Origin: Chrysomallon squamiferum
Lineage: Eukaryota > Animalia > Mollusca
NCBI GenBank assembly: GCA_012295275.1
Contig: CM022675.1
Span: forward strand, 7,874,001-7,938,000
DNA: 64,000 nucleotides
Reading direction: 5' to 3'
Shown: piece by piece, positions 16,268 to 33,360 of the stretch
Layout of the letters: the number at the start of each line of letters is the position of its first letter
Position numbering within the stretch: position 1 is the stretch's first letter
Position numbers and translations under genes: made by a program
Notes under the pieces: generated by a model
Told to the model about the DNA's origin: nothing
What the model saw: only the letters and a program-made list of their open reading frames with translations
The model's database searches: none

Positions 16268-17700
16268 AGTAGATTAAGTAAGTAAAAAAATAAAATAAAA
16301 TACAATACAATCAAATAAAATAAAAATATAAAATAAAATTAAAAAAATAAAATGAAATAAATAAAATAAAGAAGAGAAAAAAAATAAAAGAAAGTATAAA
16401 ATTATATATATATGTGCACGTGCGTGTGAGAGCGCCCGTATGTGTGTGTGTGTGTGTGTTTGTGTGCGCAAGTGCGTGTTAAGAAATAGTGAATTCCAAA
16501 ATGAATGAAACAATGTAAGAAATAAATGAACGAAAGATAACAGAATAAAGAGAGAAAAGAATAAGAGGCGAGAAAACATGTTTATACTTTATGTATGTAT
16601 GTATGTATGTATGTATCAATGTATGTGTGCATGTGTGTGTATGCGTGTGTGCATGTATGTATACATGGATATATATGTATTATTGTATGTATGCATGTAT
16701 GTATGTTTACGAACGTATATATGTATGTATGTAAAGATGTATATATTCGTACGTGTATGTATGTATATATGTTCTGTAAACATTTATGTATCTATGCATG
16801 TATGCATATATGTACGCATGTTTGTATAGATGTATATATATATATATATATATGTACGTTTGTGTGTGTGTGTATTTGTGTATGTACAAACATATATGTA
16901 TATATGGTTTTTTTCTCTCTGTGTATGTCTGTCTGTACGTTTGTATGTATACCATTCTACTGCCGTCACTGTTACTATTACTACAATACTATCACATCTA
17001 CTGCTATTGTTACACGTACCTTTCTTTACAAATACTACTACCACTACTACTCCTACTACTGTTACTACTAGTACTACTACTGTTACTACTAGTACTACTA
17101 CTGTTACTATTAGTACTACTACTGTTATTACTAGTACCACTACTGTAAACTATTTGATATATCTAACATGTATACTATATCGTAATTGTTGTTGTTGTTG
17201 TTGTTATTATTATTATTATTATTATTACTATTTTGTTCTTGTTGTTACTGTTATTGTTAATTTTATTGTTATTATTGTCATTATTTTTATTATTCTTCAT
17301 TCATTCATTCATTTTTTATAATTTTATCTCGTTCTTTTTATTGATATTTTTTTTTGTTTAGTTGGAATGATATTTATTAAATCTAATGATATTTGTTAAA
17401 AGATTATATGATTTTATTAATGTTAAATGTCAGATGATGAAATGATTAAAAGCGTGTAAAAAACATTCAATTTCATAATTAAATTTGAAATGTAAATTTC
17501 CTCTGTAATACAACAGTGATGGTTGAGTCATTTTGAAGTCTTTTTTCTGAATAACACAACAACAAGAACGACAATAAATAAATAAATAAATAAACTAACA
17601 AAGAAACAGACAATAAATAAGCAACAAGATAAATTAGAAATGTGTATAAAAGAAAAAAGAAATAAACATGAAAATAATAATAATAATAAATAAACATGAA

Positions 17701-17743
<43 letters not shown>

Positions 17744-17822
17744 TATTTAAAAATAAAATTTAAATTAATTAAATTAAAAAATAAAACAACAGCAACAGCA
17801 ACAACAACAACAACAACAACAA

Positions 17823-17857
<35 letters not shown>

Positions 17858-18351
17858 ACAGAACGGGCCACAAATTTTACATTCTGTATATTAATAAAAA
17901 AAAAAAACACGTACTAAAAACGTTACGTATATTACCTACATTAAAACTCGCGGAATTTCGGTAACCCGATATCTAACCAAACCGACTGGCATTTTCGAAT
18001 AACGTAACAATGGTTTGTATCACCCTACCTATTACAGTAATTAGTATCAAAGTATCTGTTACAATAATCAAACCGCTGGGAGAAGTCAAATGCCAGGAAT
18101 CATTAGGGAATTGAATACTAGTCCGGTTCATTAAGAGGGCTAAAGAAATAATTATAGAGGAGTGCGTACACTGAAAACCCATGGGGAAAATGGAATTAAG
18201 TCTACAATAAAATATGACAGAAATAACACTGGATAATATGCCCTATTTGTTTGCTGGTATTTTTTTTTTTTTATTATTATTATTATTCTTTTGTCAGCGA
18301 CAGAGTGTCTACGAAAAAATTAGACAGATGAAACAGAGATGGATAAACTGA

Positions 18352-18427
<76 letters not shown>

Positions 18428-18505
18428 TACAAGAGAGAGAGAGAGAGATAAGACAGAAAGAGAGACAGAAAGAGAGAGAGAGATTGAATGAGAGATAAAC
18501 GAAGA

Positions 18506-18564
<59 letters not shown>

Positions 18565-18742
18565 ACGAAGGACGATCAAACAGAGCAGAGACACAATTAC
18601 AGGCGTAATTAATTAAACTGAAAAATGAAATTACCAGCAGCCGCGTCACAACACATGTTTATCCGGTGTTTCGGGCACCCATAGTAAGTATTAAACGTGA
18701 GAAGCAAGCGTTCAATCGATACCACAGACCAGCTGAAACAGT

Positions 18743-19515
<773 letters not shown>

Positions 19516-19785
19516 GCTAAGACAGTGACAAGAAAGACTTGTATATTTAGATGAAAAATCGAAAACTACAAATATTGGATTAGAAAGAGGAAAAGAAACG
19601 ATGGAAGTCTGTAAACGATAAAACGGATATAGGGAAGATATTTAAGGGAAGATCGGTGGGGGGGGGGGGAATGAGAAGAAGGAAGAGAAATGAGTATCCA
19701 GTTTGGAAGGGGAGATGGATAAGGACAGAAAAAATGAATGATATGAGTTATATATATATGAGATAGAAAGAGACATGTACAAACA

Positions 19786-19925
<140 letters not shown>

Positions 19926-20223
19926 TGGAAGGGATAAGAAAAGAGAGATAGAATAAAAGGTTATATTGAAAACAGATTAGGAAATGTGAAACAAATATTT
20001 TCCTAATTTTCAGTTTTTCTAATTGCTATTGTTGTTGTTGATTTTATTATTATTATCATCCAGCATCATCATCATCATCCTCATCCTCATCATCATTATT
20101 ATTATTATTATTATTATACTATTATTGTTACTAATCTTTTTTGTTCTTGTTGTTATTACTATTATTGTTACTATTCTTATTTGTTTGTTGTTGTTGTTGT
20201 TGTTTTTATTATTATTATTATTA

Positions 20224-20282
<59 letters not shown>

Positions 20283-20683
20283 GTATTACCACCACCACCG
20301 AATCAAATCAAGGAAGCACTGACATACGAAACATTAAAACATCTTCATATCACTCTTGTCTCTAACTCTTAATCCTGTGTGACCTTTGAACTTCACAGCA
20401 ACCCATCATATCAGTTCATCGCGAATTCCAATAAGGGAATAACACGTTATTCGCGGCAACGGGAGAATTGAGAAATGATGGCAATGAATATTAATTCTCC
20501 ACTGGGCTTTGTCTGTTACAAGAGGGTGTAATGCTGATATGGGTGTTTGCAGGATAATGACGAAGATTCTGAAAGTTAATGCACAAGATTGAATTTGTTT
20601 TGAGATGTGGAAAGAGTGTTGAGACGTTTTTTTGACGTTTGAAAATGATAGTCATTGTTAAAATGTTAAATAATGGTTTTTAT

Positions 20684-20718
<35 letters not shown>

Positions 20719-21059
20719 TTTGTGTTTGTGTGTATACATATGTGTGTGTACATAGATATATGTAGGTATCTATGTGTCTGTATATCTGTGAATGTTTATA
20801 AGGCATGTATGTACGTTTGTGCATATGTGTGTGTGTGTTGGATTTGGGTCTGTGTTTACAGGTATGCTACAGTATATGCTTGGATAAAAGTACGCAGAAA
20901 TTCACCCATCCGTAATTTGCGTACGATGGAACAAATACATAAATACACAAACTCATCAAAAGCTAAGATAAATAAATAAATAAACAATCAGTGAAATAAA
21001 TAAATAAATAAATAATTAAATGAACAAAGGAACAAACAAGAACAAATAAATAAATAAAA

Positions 21060-21095
<36 letters not shown>

Positions 21096-21606
21096 CCAAC
21101 TAACTAACTAACTAACTAACAAAACAACTAACTAACTAACTAACTAAATAAATAAATAAACAAATTAACGAAATAAAAATGAAATTTAGGAAATAAACCG
21201 GAACAAACACAAAATTTATTTAGTCACAAAAATCATAAAACCGAGGTTGTTCGTTCTTGTGTTTATTTTTCTTTCTTCAAGATCATCAAAATAAGTGAAG
21301 AAAAAATCTGCTTACATTTTAATGGAAATGTTTTTTGTCGTGCCAGCTTACTGAAAATCACAGTATTTCGTTTCATTTAAAAAAAAAAAAAAAAAAAAAA
21401 TTCGTTTTCGTTATTTATTTCTTACTAATGTTTTTTTTCGCTTGTGGTTAGCTGTTAAGATGATTGGGTTTACAGCTGGAAAATGAAAACTTATATGATT
21501 GGAATGTTGTTTAATGTTCACTGCCTTGAAACTCTTGTCCACCTGGAGGCAATTTGTCATTCTTGTTTTCGTTTCGAAGATTTAAACAAAAAAAAAAATT
21601 AAAAAT

Positions 21607-21642
<36 letters not shown>

Positions 21643-22477
21643 AGTAAATAAATATTTTTTTTTTTTAATAAATAAATATATATAAATAAAATAAATAAAT
21701 AAATAATAGTAATAGTAATAGTAATAATAATAATAATAATAATAAAATAATAATAATAATAACAATAACAATAATAAAGAATAATAAAGAATTAATAAAT
21801 AAATACATAAATAAAACTGAAATATAAAATAACTTAAATACAATGATGTCTGTTATTGTAATAATTTTTTTTCAACTTGAATATATGTAATTTTCTCTAT
21901 GTCTCCGTACGTCAGAGACAGAAATAGAGAAACAGAGGGAAAAAAAAATATATTTGTGAATATTTTTTACGTATGAAATCGAATAAGTCAGTCAGCCATT
22001 AATGTACAAATATTCTGTCGTATCTGTTACATGCTCCAACTTTATAACTTTTATGGTCGCGGAAAAAAACAATTTATTTTCTGACCTTAAGACAAACAGG
22101 CACGTGAATCAAGCAACGATTAATATCTATACAAGCACGACAGCCGTACTTAAACTTTTATTTGAAAACAAGTGTAAAATAGGCATGTATCGCAATTAAT
22201 GTGAAAATCAATCATTGGTTCTAAACCCGCTATCAGATTACTTTCCCGTGAAAATAACCACGCTTAAAACGACTTCCGTAAATCGTTTGATTTATGAGCG
22301 TGCGCAGTCGACACATAATCAATAGTAATTAATTTTCTTTTCTCTTTTCAATTAATTTTGTTAGTTTAAGATTTCTGTTTCTTTGTTTGTTTGTTTTGAG
22401 TTGGGATTAGAAATGTTTGTAGTTATGTAAATAACAGAGCAAATAAAAGAAAACCTATGTGGTGCTAATTATTGTCT

Positions 22478-22508
<31 letters not shown>

Positions 22509-24346
22509 TTATTATTAGCTTTTTGGTTTTTTTAATAAGTAAGATAGTTCGTTATTCTTTTTTTTTTTTTTTTTTTCCTAACTGATTTTTACTTTTGTTT
22601 GTAGGAAATGACAAAAACGCTGATTACAATTAGCTGAATATGAATTAACAGATTTCTGTTATTTTTAAATCTAAATTATCAGAGAACAGGAATGAATCAA
22701 TCAATAAATATATAATTAAAATAATAAAACAAAACAAAACAAAACAAAATAAAATAAAATAAAATAAAATAAAATAAATAAAAGCAAAGAAAAATATATT
22801 TGAATAAGGAAATCAAATACACACTTACGCACACATGCAAACCAACATATTTTATTATAATTTTACTTACAGAAATTGAAAGAAAAACGAGTTTTATATA
22901 CAGAAAGAAAGAAAGAAACAGATAGGTAGACAGACAGAGAAAGATAAACAGATAAAAAGATAGATGCATTTTTTTTTTCAAATGTAATTATTTACATTTT
23001 TTCTTAGACAAAAGGCTTAATAAATATGAGGCCATAGCTAGAATGGGAAATAGCCTAATCGTTACACCGTGGAGCGCTTATCGTTCAAGCTTCCAGTCTT
23101 CATGTTATCGTTACATCACCGATTGTTGCAACGTCATTACTTAATCCCAGGAGAGGGAAACATTAGAAAAAATAAAAAATAAAAATAAAAATGTATGTGT
23201 ATTTATTTAGTTGTGTTAGAAAGTCAATCGAAATTGGCTTAGTGCCTCGGAGATTTCCGCTTCAGTGAAAGCGTGACTTAATATCTGAAAACCTTTCCAC
23301 GTTGCTGTCACAAGCACGAAATGATCGCGTTTTGAGAAGGCTTCGACTGTCCATAATCATCAACTGGATCAGAAGAAGACGTAGAAGAAGAAGAAGAAGA
23401 AGAAGAAGAAGAAGAAGAAATAACGAAAGAAACAAAAAAATAAAAAAATAAATAAAAACAAGAAAGAAGAAAAAAATTAAGGGAACTCTATCCAACGTTA
23501 GAATGAAAAACACGCAAGGGAAACGTATATATATATTTACAGTGTATCTTATGGCGTTCCCAGGCTAATCGTTTCCAGTGGCAACGCACGCGCTTATGAC
23601 GTCAGAAGGATAGCTAATACGTGACCCAGGTTCTTGCGCACTGACCGATAATACGCTTACGTTTCCTAATTAAATACAAATTTAGAATCGTGCTTTCAGA
23701 TATAACGTTCGGACTGAAATACCAGCAATAAGGCGATCTTGTTTCTCTCTCTCTCCTCTTAGAATTTAAATAGAAGAAAAGTGCCTATATAGAGCAGAGA
23801 AAAGCCCTGAAGCTTCGAAAAGGAAGATTACAAAATAATTTAAAAAAACAAAACAAAAAAACATTACGGATTTAGAGTAGAATGTAAAAAAAAAAAAAAA
23901 AAAAAACATTACGGATTTAGATTAGAATGTAAAAAAAAAAAAAAAACCACACTAAGTATTTGTTAATTACATCCGTGATGTCTGTAAATAACTGGTATTA
24001 TACGTATTGGTCAGGTCACGTTAAGGAAATGAGAATAAAATATTTGTATCCGTTCAAGGTTGTTTTTGCCTTCTGTTTTTTTTTTTTTTTTTTTAGAAAT
24101 AACCATCTCTCTCCTTCTGTCTCTTTCTCTCTGTTTCTTTCTGTATCTCACTGCCTCCCTCTGTGTCTTTCTGTATCTATATATATATCGTTCTTTCTCT
24201 TTCTGGCTTCATTTTTATACTTTAATTTTCTTCTGTTTTTTTGTCCCTGTTTCTTAGTCATTTTGTTTCTCCTTGAATTCTGTTTTTCTTTTCTATGTCT
24301 GTCTGTCACTGTAACCATCATCCATCTCTCTCTGTCTGTCTCTCAC

Positions 24347-24424
<78 letters not shown>

Positions 24425-25017
24425 CTCCTCTCCCTCCCTCCCTCCCTCTTCTCCATACCTACACGAATGTATCGATCTATTCTCATTATATTTTAACTAA
24501 CTAACTCTCTCGCCTGAAGCCTCTTCAATAATTAATTCGTTACGGTCTGCGCATTTTTTTATATTTTTTTTATATATATACATACACCTGAGAATGGACA
24601 CGCCTATAACTCCCTGACCACCTGACAGGCAACATACAAAATTTAATAAAAAAATTAAAAAAACAAAAAACAAAAACTGTCTCGTCTTTCATTGCCTATG
24701 TTCACTCTATCAAACAAACAAGCGACGAGAATTCCCAGCGCGACTCAAAGTAAATAATTATTTTAGTGATTTGTGAATTTGCTGCCAGACTTCGCGTGTT
24801 TTATACAGTTCTGAGTTTCAAGTCGTCGCTTGCGTACTAAATACTGCATCACCGGAGTGGTTTTATATTTCTTTACAGACATATTTTTTCGTGCGTATGT
24901 ACGTATATATTTAACAATGCAGATATGTATATATAGAAAAATATGTACATGGTTGCATAAACACATATATACAGATAAACATAGATACATATAGACATTC
25001 ATACATATATACATACA

Positions 25018-25053
<36 letters not shown>

Positions 25054-25883
25054 TATACATACATTCATACATACATATATACATGCATACATACATACAA
25101 ACATACATACATACATACAAACATACATATATATACACATACATATACACACACATACATACATACATACATATATATACAAACATACATATACACATAC
25201 ATACATTCATACACACTTACATACATATATAAATACATACATTTTTCATAATAATGTTTTTAACAATGTTTTTATGTCGGTTTTGTTTTTTAAGTATTAT
25301 GCTAATATTAGCTTAAGATGGCAATTATGTAAATGCTGGTTTTAAATACGTATTTAACAAGACAAATGACACGTCATTAAGGCTAATAACAGAACTTTGG
25401 CTCGCTCATCCTTGGAGGAAATTAGAAAGGATAGATTTTAATTGACGTCATCAAATCTATTTTTATTCTTATCTATTTTTTTTTTTTTTTTTTTCCGTGG
25501 CAATTACTTCAAGATAATGCAATTTTTTTCTTCTTCTGATTTAAGACTATTTGTTTGTTTGTTTGTTGTGTTGTGTTGTTGTTGTTGTTGTTGTTGTTGT
25601 TCTTCTTCTTCTTCTTCTCTTTGATTTTCCTCATCGTGCTGATTCGATTATGCTTCATGTTTTTTTTTTTTTTTTATAATTAATTTATTTCCTAAACACC
25701 TAGTAATAATTTTAAGGCAGATTGAAATTTAAGCAGTTTGTTATTTACAATTGGGTAGACGCTTCAGTGGCGTCGATTGTACCAAAGCTCATCAAGGTTA
25801 AATAATAAAACTGGTGATAGATTCACGTTTCAACATGTTTTTTTTGTCTTGTCTGTCTGGGTATGTTTGTGTTTGTGTGTGTT

Positions 25884-26002
<119 letters not shown>

Positions 26003-26982
26003 TAAATTATATTTAGTTTATGGAAATATAAGAAAACAAATAAAAGAAGAAAGAACCATCAGACAGAAAAACAGACACAAAGACATACAGAAAAGTAACA
26101 TTTGAGATCTGCATGTTTTACAATTAGTACATTAATAACAACAACAACAAGAAACAATACAAAACAAACAAATACAACACAAAATTAATAAGTAAAAATA
26201 ATAATAATAATAAAAATTTTAAAATTTAAAAAAAAAAATAAAAAAAAATAAAAAAATAATAATAAAAAAATAAAAAATCGACAAACAAAAACAATCAACT
26301 GGCAATACACAAATTATAAATCTGATCTATATAATAAGAGAGAAATACACACAAAATATATTAATACTGACTACTATAACACGCACGATAAATTCATAGA
26401 CCAAATATGTAGTATACCCTAGATAAATATCTTACACGACCTAAGACAAGTTTGATAACAAATTAATAAAAGGTTAATCTAGAAGTATATAAAAAAAAAA
26501 TATATATATATTTGGACTTAATCTTAGCACTATTACTCCTAAATTAAAAAAAATATATATATATATATACACAAGTTAAACAACATACTGGATAGATACA
26601 AAAAGCTTTTTGATATATTTTGATATATACTAAACGCATTTAAGCTTATGTGTAGGCTTAAGTGAGACTTGGGTATAGAGATAGCAAAACAGCTGGGTGC
26701 AGATAAAAGATATTAAGTGTTGATTGTCAGAGCCACTGAGGGCTTATTGAAAATAAATCCATAGCCGAGTGTATGATAAGTAAAATAAATCCATTGTTTG
26801 GTTAGTGTATGGTAAGTAGATGACGGCAGTTCAGTGTGTAGAGAGACAGTAATTTATATTTTATTTCAAATGTTCCGAGTCGTCGAGCCGGAACTCTTAA
26901 AAGTAAATGATCGTTTCTGTCTAGGAAATCGATTACAGAGCTGTTTAACTCTGTGTGTGTGTGTGTGTGTGTGTTGTGTGGG

Positions 26983-27032
<50 letters not shown>

Positions 27033-27536
27033 TGTGTGTTTTTTTTTTGTTCAACAGACAGTGTGTGTGTTTGTGTATGTGTGTGTGTATATATGTGTGT
27101 GTGTGTGTGTATATGTGTGTTATCTGTATATAGTGTTTATTAAAAATTTTTTTTTTTTTCAACAGACAGCATTTGTGTTTTTTATAGGTGTGCATATAGT
27201 TATCTGTATATAGTGTTTATTTTATTTTTTTAAAGCACGCGGCTAGTATTTGTTGTTTCTTTTCTTTCTTTCTTTCTTTCTTTCTATATATCTGGTTATC
27301 TGTCTGACTGTCTATCTATTTGTCTGTCTATCTATCTATATATCGGTCTATCTATTTTTCAATCATTCATTCATCAATCATTCATTCATTCATTCTTTCT
27401 CTCTTTCTGTTTCGTTTTTTTTTTTTTTCCATTTATATATTCACACGTTACATCATTTAGTTTGTCATATTTAATATGATTATTAAATATGTAACTTGTG
27501 TCTTTATTTAAATTTTTTTTTTACTCTTCTATTTTA

Positions 27537-27580
<44 letters not shown>

Positions 27581-27810
27581 TTATTTTTCATACCTCATTA
27601 GTTTTGTGTTTTTGAAACACTAATTTGCTTAGCACTGATTTTATGTTTGTGTCTATTTAAGGAAAAGGATAACTTAATACTTATGCGCTTCGTTAAATTT
27701 AATCAGATAAATTAATTTTCTCCATCTTCGTCTTTTATGAAGCAGGATTAACTAAAACAAAAAAAAAAGAAGAAAAAAATCTGTAAATTTTATATATATA
27801 AACTTTGAAA

Positions 27811-27908
<98 letters not shown>

Positions 27909-28562
27909 ATTTATTTAATGACTGAATGAATGATTTATGTGTTTGTTATATTTATTTACTTATGGCCTTAATATTAATTTAATTTAATTTGTTTTCTTAA
28001 TTTGCTTGTATTTACGTACTTATGTTTTTTTTCCATTTAATTAATTAAATCATTTTTCAATCTTTTTGTTTATCTGCTTATTTCTCTATCCTATTTATTT
28101 ATTATTTATAAGAGAAGATTATAAATGAAGAAAAAAAGAAGAACGAACGTAGTAAAAAAGAAGAAAAAAAATAGAACGAGAATAGAACGAGAAAAACAGT
28201 TAAAAACCCAAAACAAACATACAAAATCCAATAGGGTTAATGGAGGGCACTAAGAAATATTGTAAAAAAAGAAAAGAAATAAGGAATGAATGAAAAGAGG
28301 AATGAATGAAAAGAGGAAAGAGAAGAAAGATGAAAGAAAGAAAGAATGAAAATGAACGACAATGGAAGGAAAGAACAAAAGATAGATGAGAGGAAAAAAG
28401 AATGAACGAAGGGTTGAAGGGAAGTATAAGAAAAAAAGAAATAAAAGAAGCGAAAAAAATAGAAAGAAAACAAAGGGAAAACGATAATAAACAGATAAAT
28501 AAATAAATAAATAATAATGATTATGATGATGATAATGATGATGTTAATAATAATAACAATAA

Positions 28563-28595
<33 letters not shown>

Positions 28596-29303
28596 CAATA
28601 ATAATAATAATAATAATAATAATGAAAAAAACACCTGAAAGTTAAAAAACAAAAAAAAAAAAAAAAAAAAAAAAAACCGCAAAAAGACTATTTCATTAAT
28701 CTAGAAAATACGACGAACAAAAAATAAAAAAAAAAAAATAAACAATAAACAAAGTAAAAAAAAAAAAGAAAGATAAAAACATGTAAAAGAAACCATATTC
28801 TTGGTAAACAGCCATTAAAAACAAGATGGGAACGAAACTCGAGCAAATCGCCTTGACGGCAGAAATGAGTTACTGCACAACAAGTGGCTGCTTTCCAAAG
28901 CAGAGATATATAGGTAAGAATCGTAATTTTGCCACTGTCTGGTACTAAACATAAACACTCTTCACGTTAAAGGGAATCGCACGGTGCATTTCGTTAAAGA
29001 GAGTCAAGCGCCCGCATTCCAATCTCAGGTGCACATCTACAGCCGCAGATTCGCATCTGGAGTAAAGTGGTTCATACTGAGCGTATATAACTGCAGGAAT
29101 AAATATGTTTGTATGTATCCGTGTGTGTGTGTGTGCTGCGTGCATGCGTGTGAATGTACGTGCGTCTGTGCGCATGCGTGAGAGTGCATCTGTATGTATG
29201 TCTCTAAATATTAATGAATGTCTATCTGTAAGTAAATATGTATGTATGTATGTATGCATAATCGTATGGTCATATATCCATATAAACACATTGTTTATTA
29301 TTA

Positions 29304-29355
<52 letters not shown>

Positions 29356-29382
29356 TATTGTTTTTATTATTATTATTATTAC

Positions 29383-29449
<67 letters not shown>

Positions 29450-29519
29450 TGTTGTTGTTGTTGTGGTGGTGCTATTTTGGCTGTTGTAACCTTATTTCTT
29501 GTGCACACACATACATAAT

Positions 29520-29554
<35 letters not shown>

Positions 29555-30186
29555 TTTTATTTATTTCACCACCCGTACACGTATTCATCTCCAGCTATCG
29601 AAATCGGTTTAATAAAACTAATCTCTTATTTTCCATCTCACATTATGACTTATTCTGAACTATAAAATATACTAAAAACTGTACTGAATATATTACACCT
29701 GCTTTAAACGGACTATTATTTTCATGTTATGAAAGACGTCAACACAGTTTCTATATAACAAGTAGCCGAAGGACGGTGTTTAATGTTTAATCATTTTTGT
29801 TTCGTAGATTGCATAATCTAAATTATTTAAACTGTATTGTGTAACCTTTGAACACGCCTTGAGACCAACCGCCACCCGCTAAGAAGAAAATTATATTTCT
29901 ACCCGTATAAAAATCAGTACGGTTCCGGGCCAACAGACAAGTGTGAAAAAAAAAATCTATATTTTGCTTTTTGTAACTGTATAATTTTAGTTCATAATAT
30001 ATATATATATGTATTAAAAACGTAAAAGAATTAAAAAATATGCATTATAAAATACAGAATATATTTACCGGACGTATTTAATATAATATAATATAATATA
30101 ATATAATATAATATAATATATAATATAAATATAATATAATATAATACAATATAATATATATGTATGTGTGAATATATACATCCACA

Positions 30187-30227
<41 letters not shown>

Positions 30228-31279
30228 TTATATATATATATATATATACACACACATGTGTGCATATGTCAGCTGCATATATTCTGTATTCAAAATGCAT
30301 ATTTTTAATTTGTGTAACACTGTGAAGTTCTTCAGTACATTTTCCGAGCACTAGGCACTATCCATCTAAAATAAATGTTCTGCTGGATCGTATAAAACAC
30401 AATAACATCACTCAGCACGGCTTCGGTGCAGTAGACAGCCAGATATTCCCCATTGTCATAACTGACAAGAATCGATTTCGGAGACAAGCAGCAGAAAAAT
30501 AGAGCTTGTTCGCGAAATCCATATATTAAGAACAAATTCGAACCGTTAGACTCCTAACACCAGAATATGTTCAGTTTCGAGACCGTGTTAGAAGATTAAA
30601 AAACGTTGAATATTAGGCACGAAATAACCAGATATAATTTTAGTGTAGTTGATGTGACGAAATCGGTGTTTTAATACGGTCTCTCCTAAAGCGAAGTATA
30701 TTTCGAAATGTAACCTACTTAATGTATTTGCGTACTGAGAAGATCGTTAAAAATATCTCCGGCAGAATTTATTCAGTCGTCGAAACCAGTTAATTTGTTA
30801 GCACGATGTCAGACGTAAGGACCGCCATTAGCGGAGTTTATTTATATTAATAATACTGTACCAGCGGCGAAATTGTAGACAAAGCTTTCTCTTGGGGATA
30901 TCGTAGAACAGTCTGGTTTTTTTTTAAAACGGGACAGTATGGCGATTCCGACTGATTTACATCGAGCTTTAGTGTTATTAGCTAACAGATGATAATTATA
31001 TGAGGCGACTGGATATTTAATCTAGTTTAATGGTAGAAGTACGGGAAAGAAAAGGAAGAAAGAAAGAAAGAAAGAAAGAAAAATATATAATAATAAAAAA
31101 TTGAAATAAACACAACAAGCTGTGTCCAGTAATTCAATACGGTAAACAATTTGTGTATGACTGAACATGCTGGTGCTATTGTGGAAAGAATGGCGTGCGC
31201 GATAGAAAATCGAAAACAGACTTTGAACTGTATTAGCAAATGTACGCTTGATTTATGTTACAGACGTGAGTCATGTGCT

Positions 31280-31411
<132 letters not shown>

Positions 31412-31762
31412 TTCACAATGTACTAGATTTAAATAATAAAAGAAAATACGTCTTTATATCAAGGTGCAAATTCTTTTTCCAGTGTCTCTTTCTTTTATTC
31501 TCTTGCTCAGTTTGTTTTCTTATGATATATAATACGGTTATAAATTTACTTTGCTAGGTTAACATGGAGGACACAGGAAAATAAATTAAGTTTAATGGTG
31601 TTGTTAGACAATTTTATGAAGCGATAAATAATTTAAAAACATAAAAAAAAAAACATTAAAAAAAAAAATTAAAAAAAGATTTAGTGTATCGTATTTGCAA
31701 AAGATTCCTTTCATATTTTATGCTAAAATCGTTAAGACTAAAAAATTAAGAAACGGGGTACG

Positions 31763-31857
<95 letters not shown>

Positions 31858-32029
31858 ACCCTAAACATATTAAATAAATAAATAATAACGTTAAGAATAA
31901 AAATAATAAAATAAATAACATCATCGTCAACAACAACAACAACAATAATGATAATAATAATAATAATTGAAAACAAAATAGTAATAATAATTGTAACAGT
32001 ACGTAACAATTGTAGTAGTAGTAGTAGTA

Positions 32030-32079
<50 letters not shown>

Positions 32080-32110
32080 TAATAAATAATAATAATAATA
32101 ACAATAACTG

Positions 32111-32160
<50 letters not shown>

Positions 32161-32735
32161 GTACGTAACGATAGCAATAACAATGATAAAAATAACAACA
32201 ACAACAACAACAACAACGACATTAATAATAGTAGTAGGAGTAGCAGTAGTAGTAATAGTACAAAATGTATTAATTATTTTCATGTTGACATTTGAGAATA
32301 TTTATTTCAGTCTTTGAGCATCTGCTGTGTTTTAAAATAACTGGCGTTAACTCTACATGCGTTTCTGACAGCTTTATCTCTATTTCTGGAAAAAATAATC
32401 ATAATTGTTATATCCTTGTAAAATATTTCTAAGCTACAGTTATATTACGACGAAGTATGTTTCTTTGAGTCTAAGAATCGTTACCTATGACTTTTTATTT
32501 TTCGAAATACTATTGATAAATAAATAAATAAATAAATAAATAAAATAAATAAATAAATAAGCGAAAGAACGAAAGAATAAATGAACAAGTAAATAAAGAA
32601 AGAAAGAAAGAAGGAAGGAAAGAAAGAAAGATTAGAAATGAGATATACATAATTAAAATGGATATCTTGAATGAAATGTAAGTGCATTATTACTTTGTTT
32701 TTTGTTATTATTATTATTCTAACGATTATTATTAT

Positions 32736-32822
<87 letters not shown>

Positions 32823-33275
32823 CTTGATTGACAGATGTATAGGAAAGATATGTGTAGTTAGTTAAAACATACACTACAGTTTCACGAAAACGCGGTAGCA
32901 ACAATAAAACTGAACCACTCAATGTAAGCTACATTACATCTTGCTTGGCGTTAAGCACTTACAAAAACAATCATCAGGGAATTGGTGGCTGTTGGGAGGT
33001 GTTTTGTAAGTGTTGTCGTGGTAGACGTTTTCTTTGAAGCTCTGTATGTATTTCGATGAGTATGTATGTATGTATGTATGTATGTAACATGAGAGTATTT
33101 GCATGACGGTATTGTGTATACATGTATATATACGTGTGTCTGTGTATGTATGCGTGTGTGTATGTGAATATGTCTTATGTAGGGCTCAGTTGAAGGCATT
33201 TTTTTTTACTGTCAAACTTTTTGTTCTCAACAAATAAAAATATTATTTATGAAAATGAAACAAGAGAGTACCAAC

Positions 33276-33360
33276 CTGAGTAATCATCTTGCGCAGACGT
33301 CATTTCCGTCCGCAAAAGGAGAATGCAAATGAAGACTAAAAGTGCCCGGATGATCGTCAT
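33276..33360 (-). CDS. Signal-peptide exon of the quiver/sleepless-like gene (first coding exon)
   Basis: ATG at 33360 with an in-frame TAA upstream. Encodes MTIIRALLVFICILLLRTEMTSAQDDYS plus G, donor gttgg at 33274-33275, phase 1. G+AT joins in frame to exon 1096-1236, giving SAQDDYSDPITCYTC. Total CDS 450 nt = 149 aa. Confidence 0.72.
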
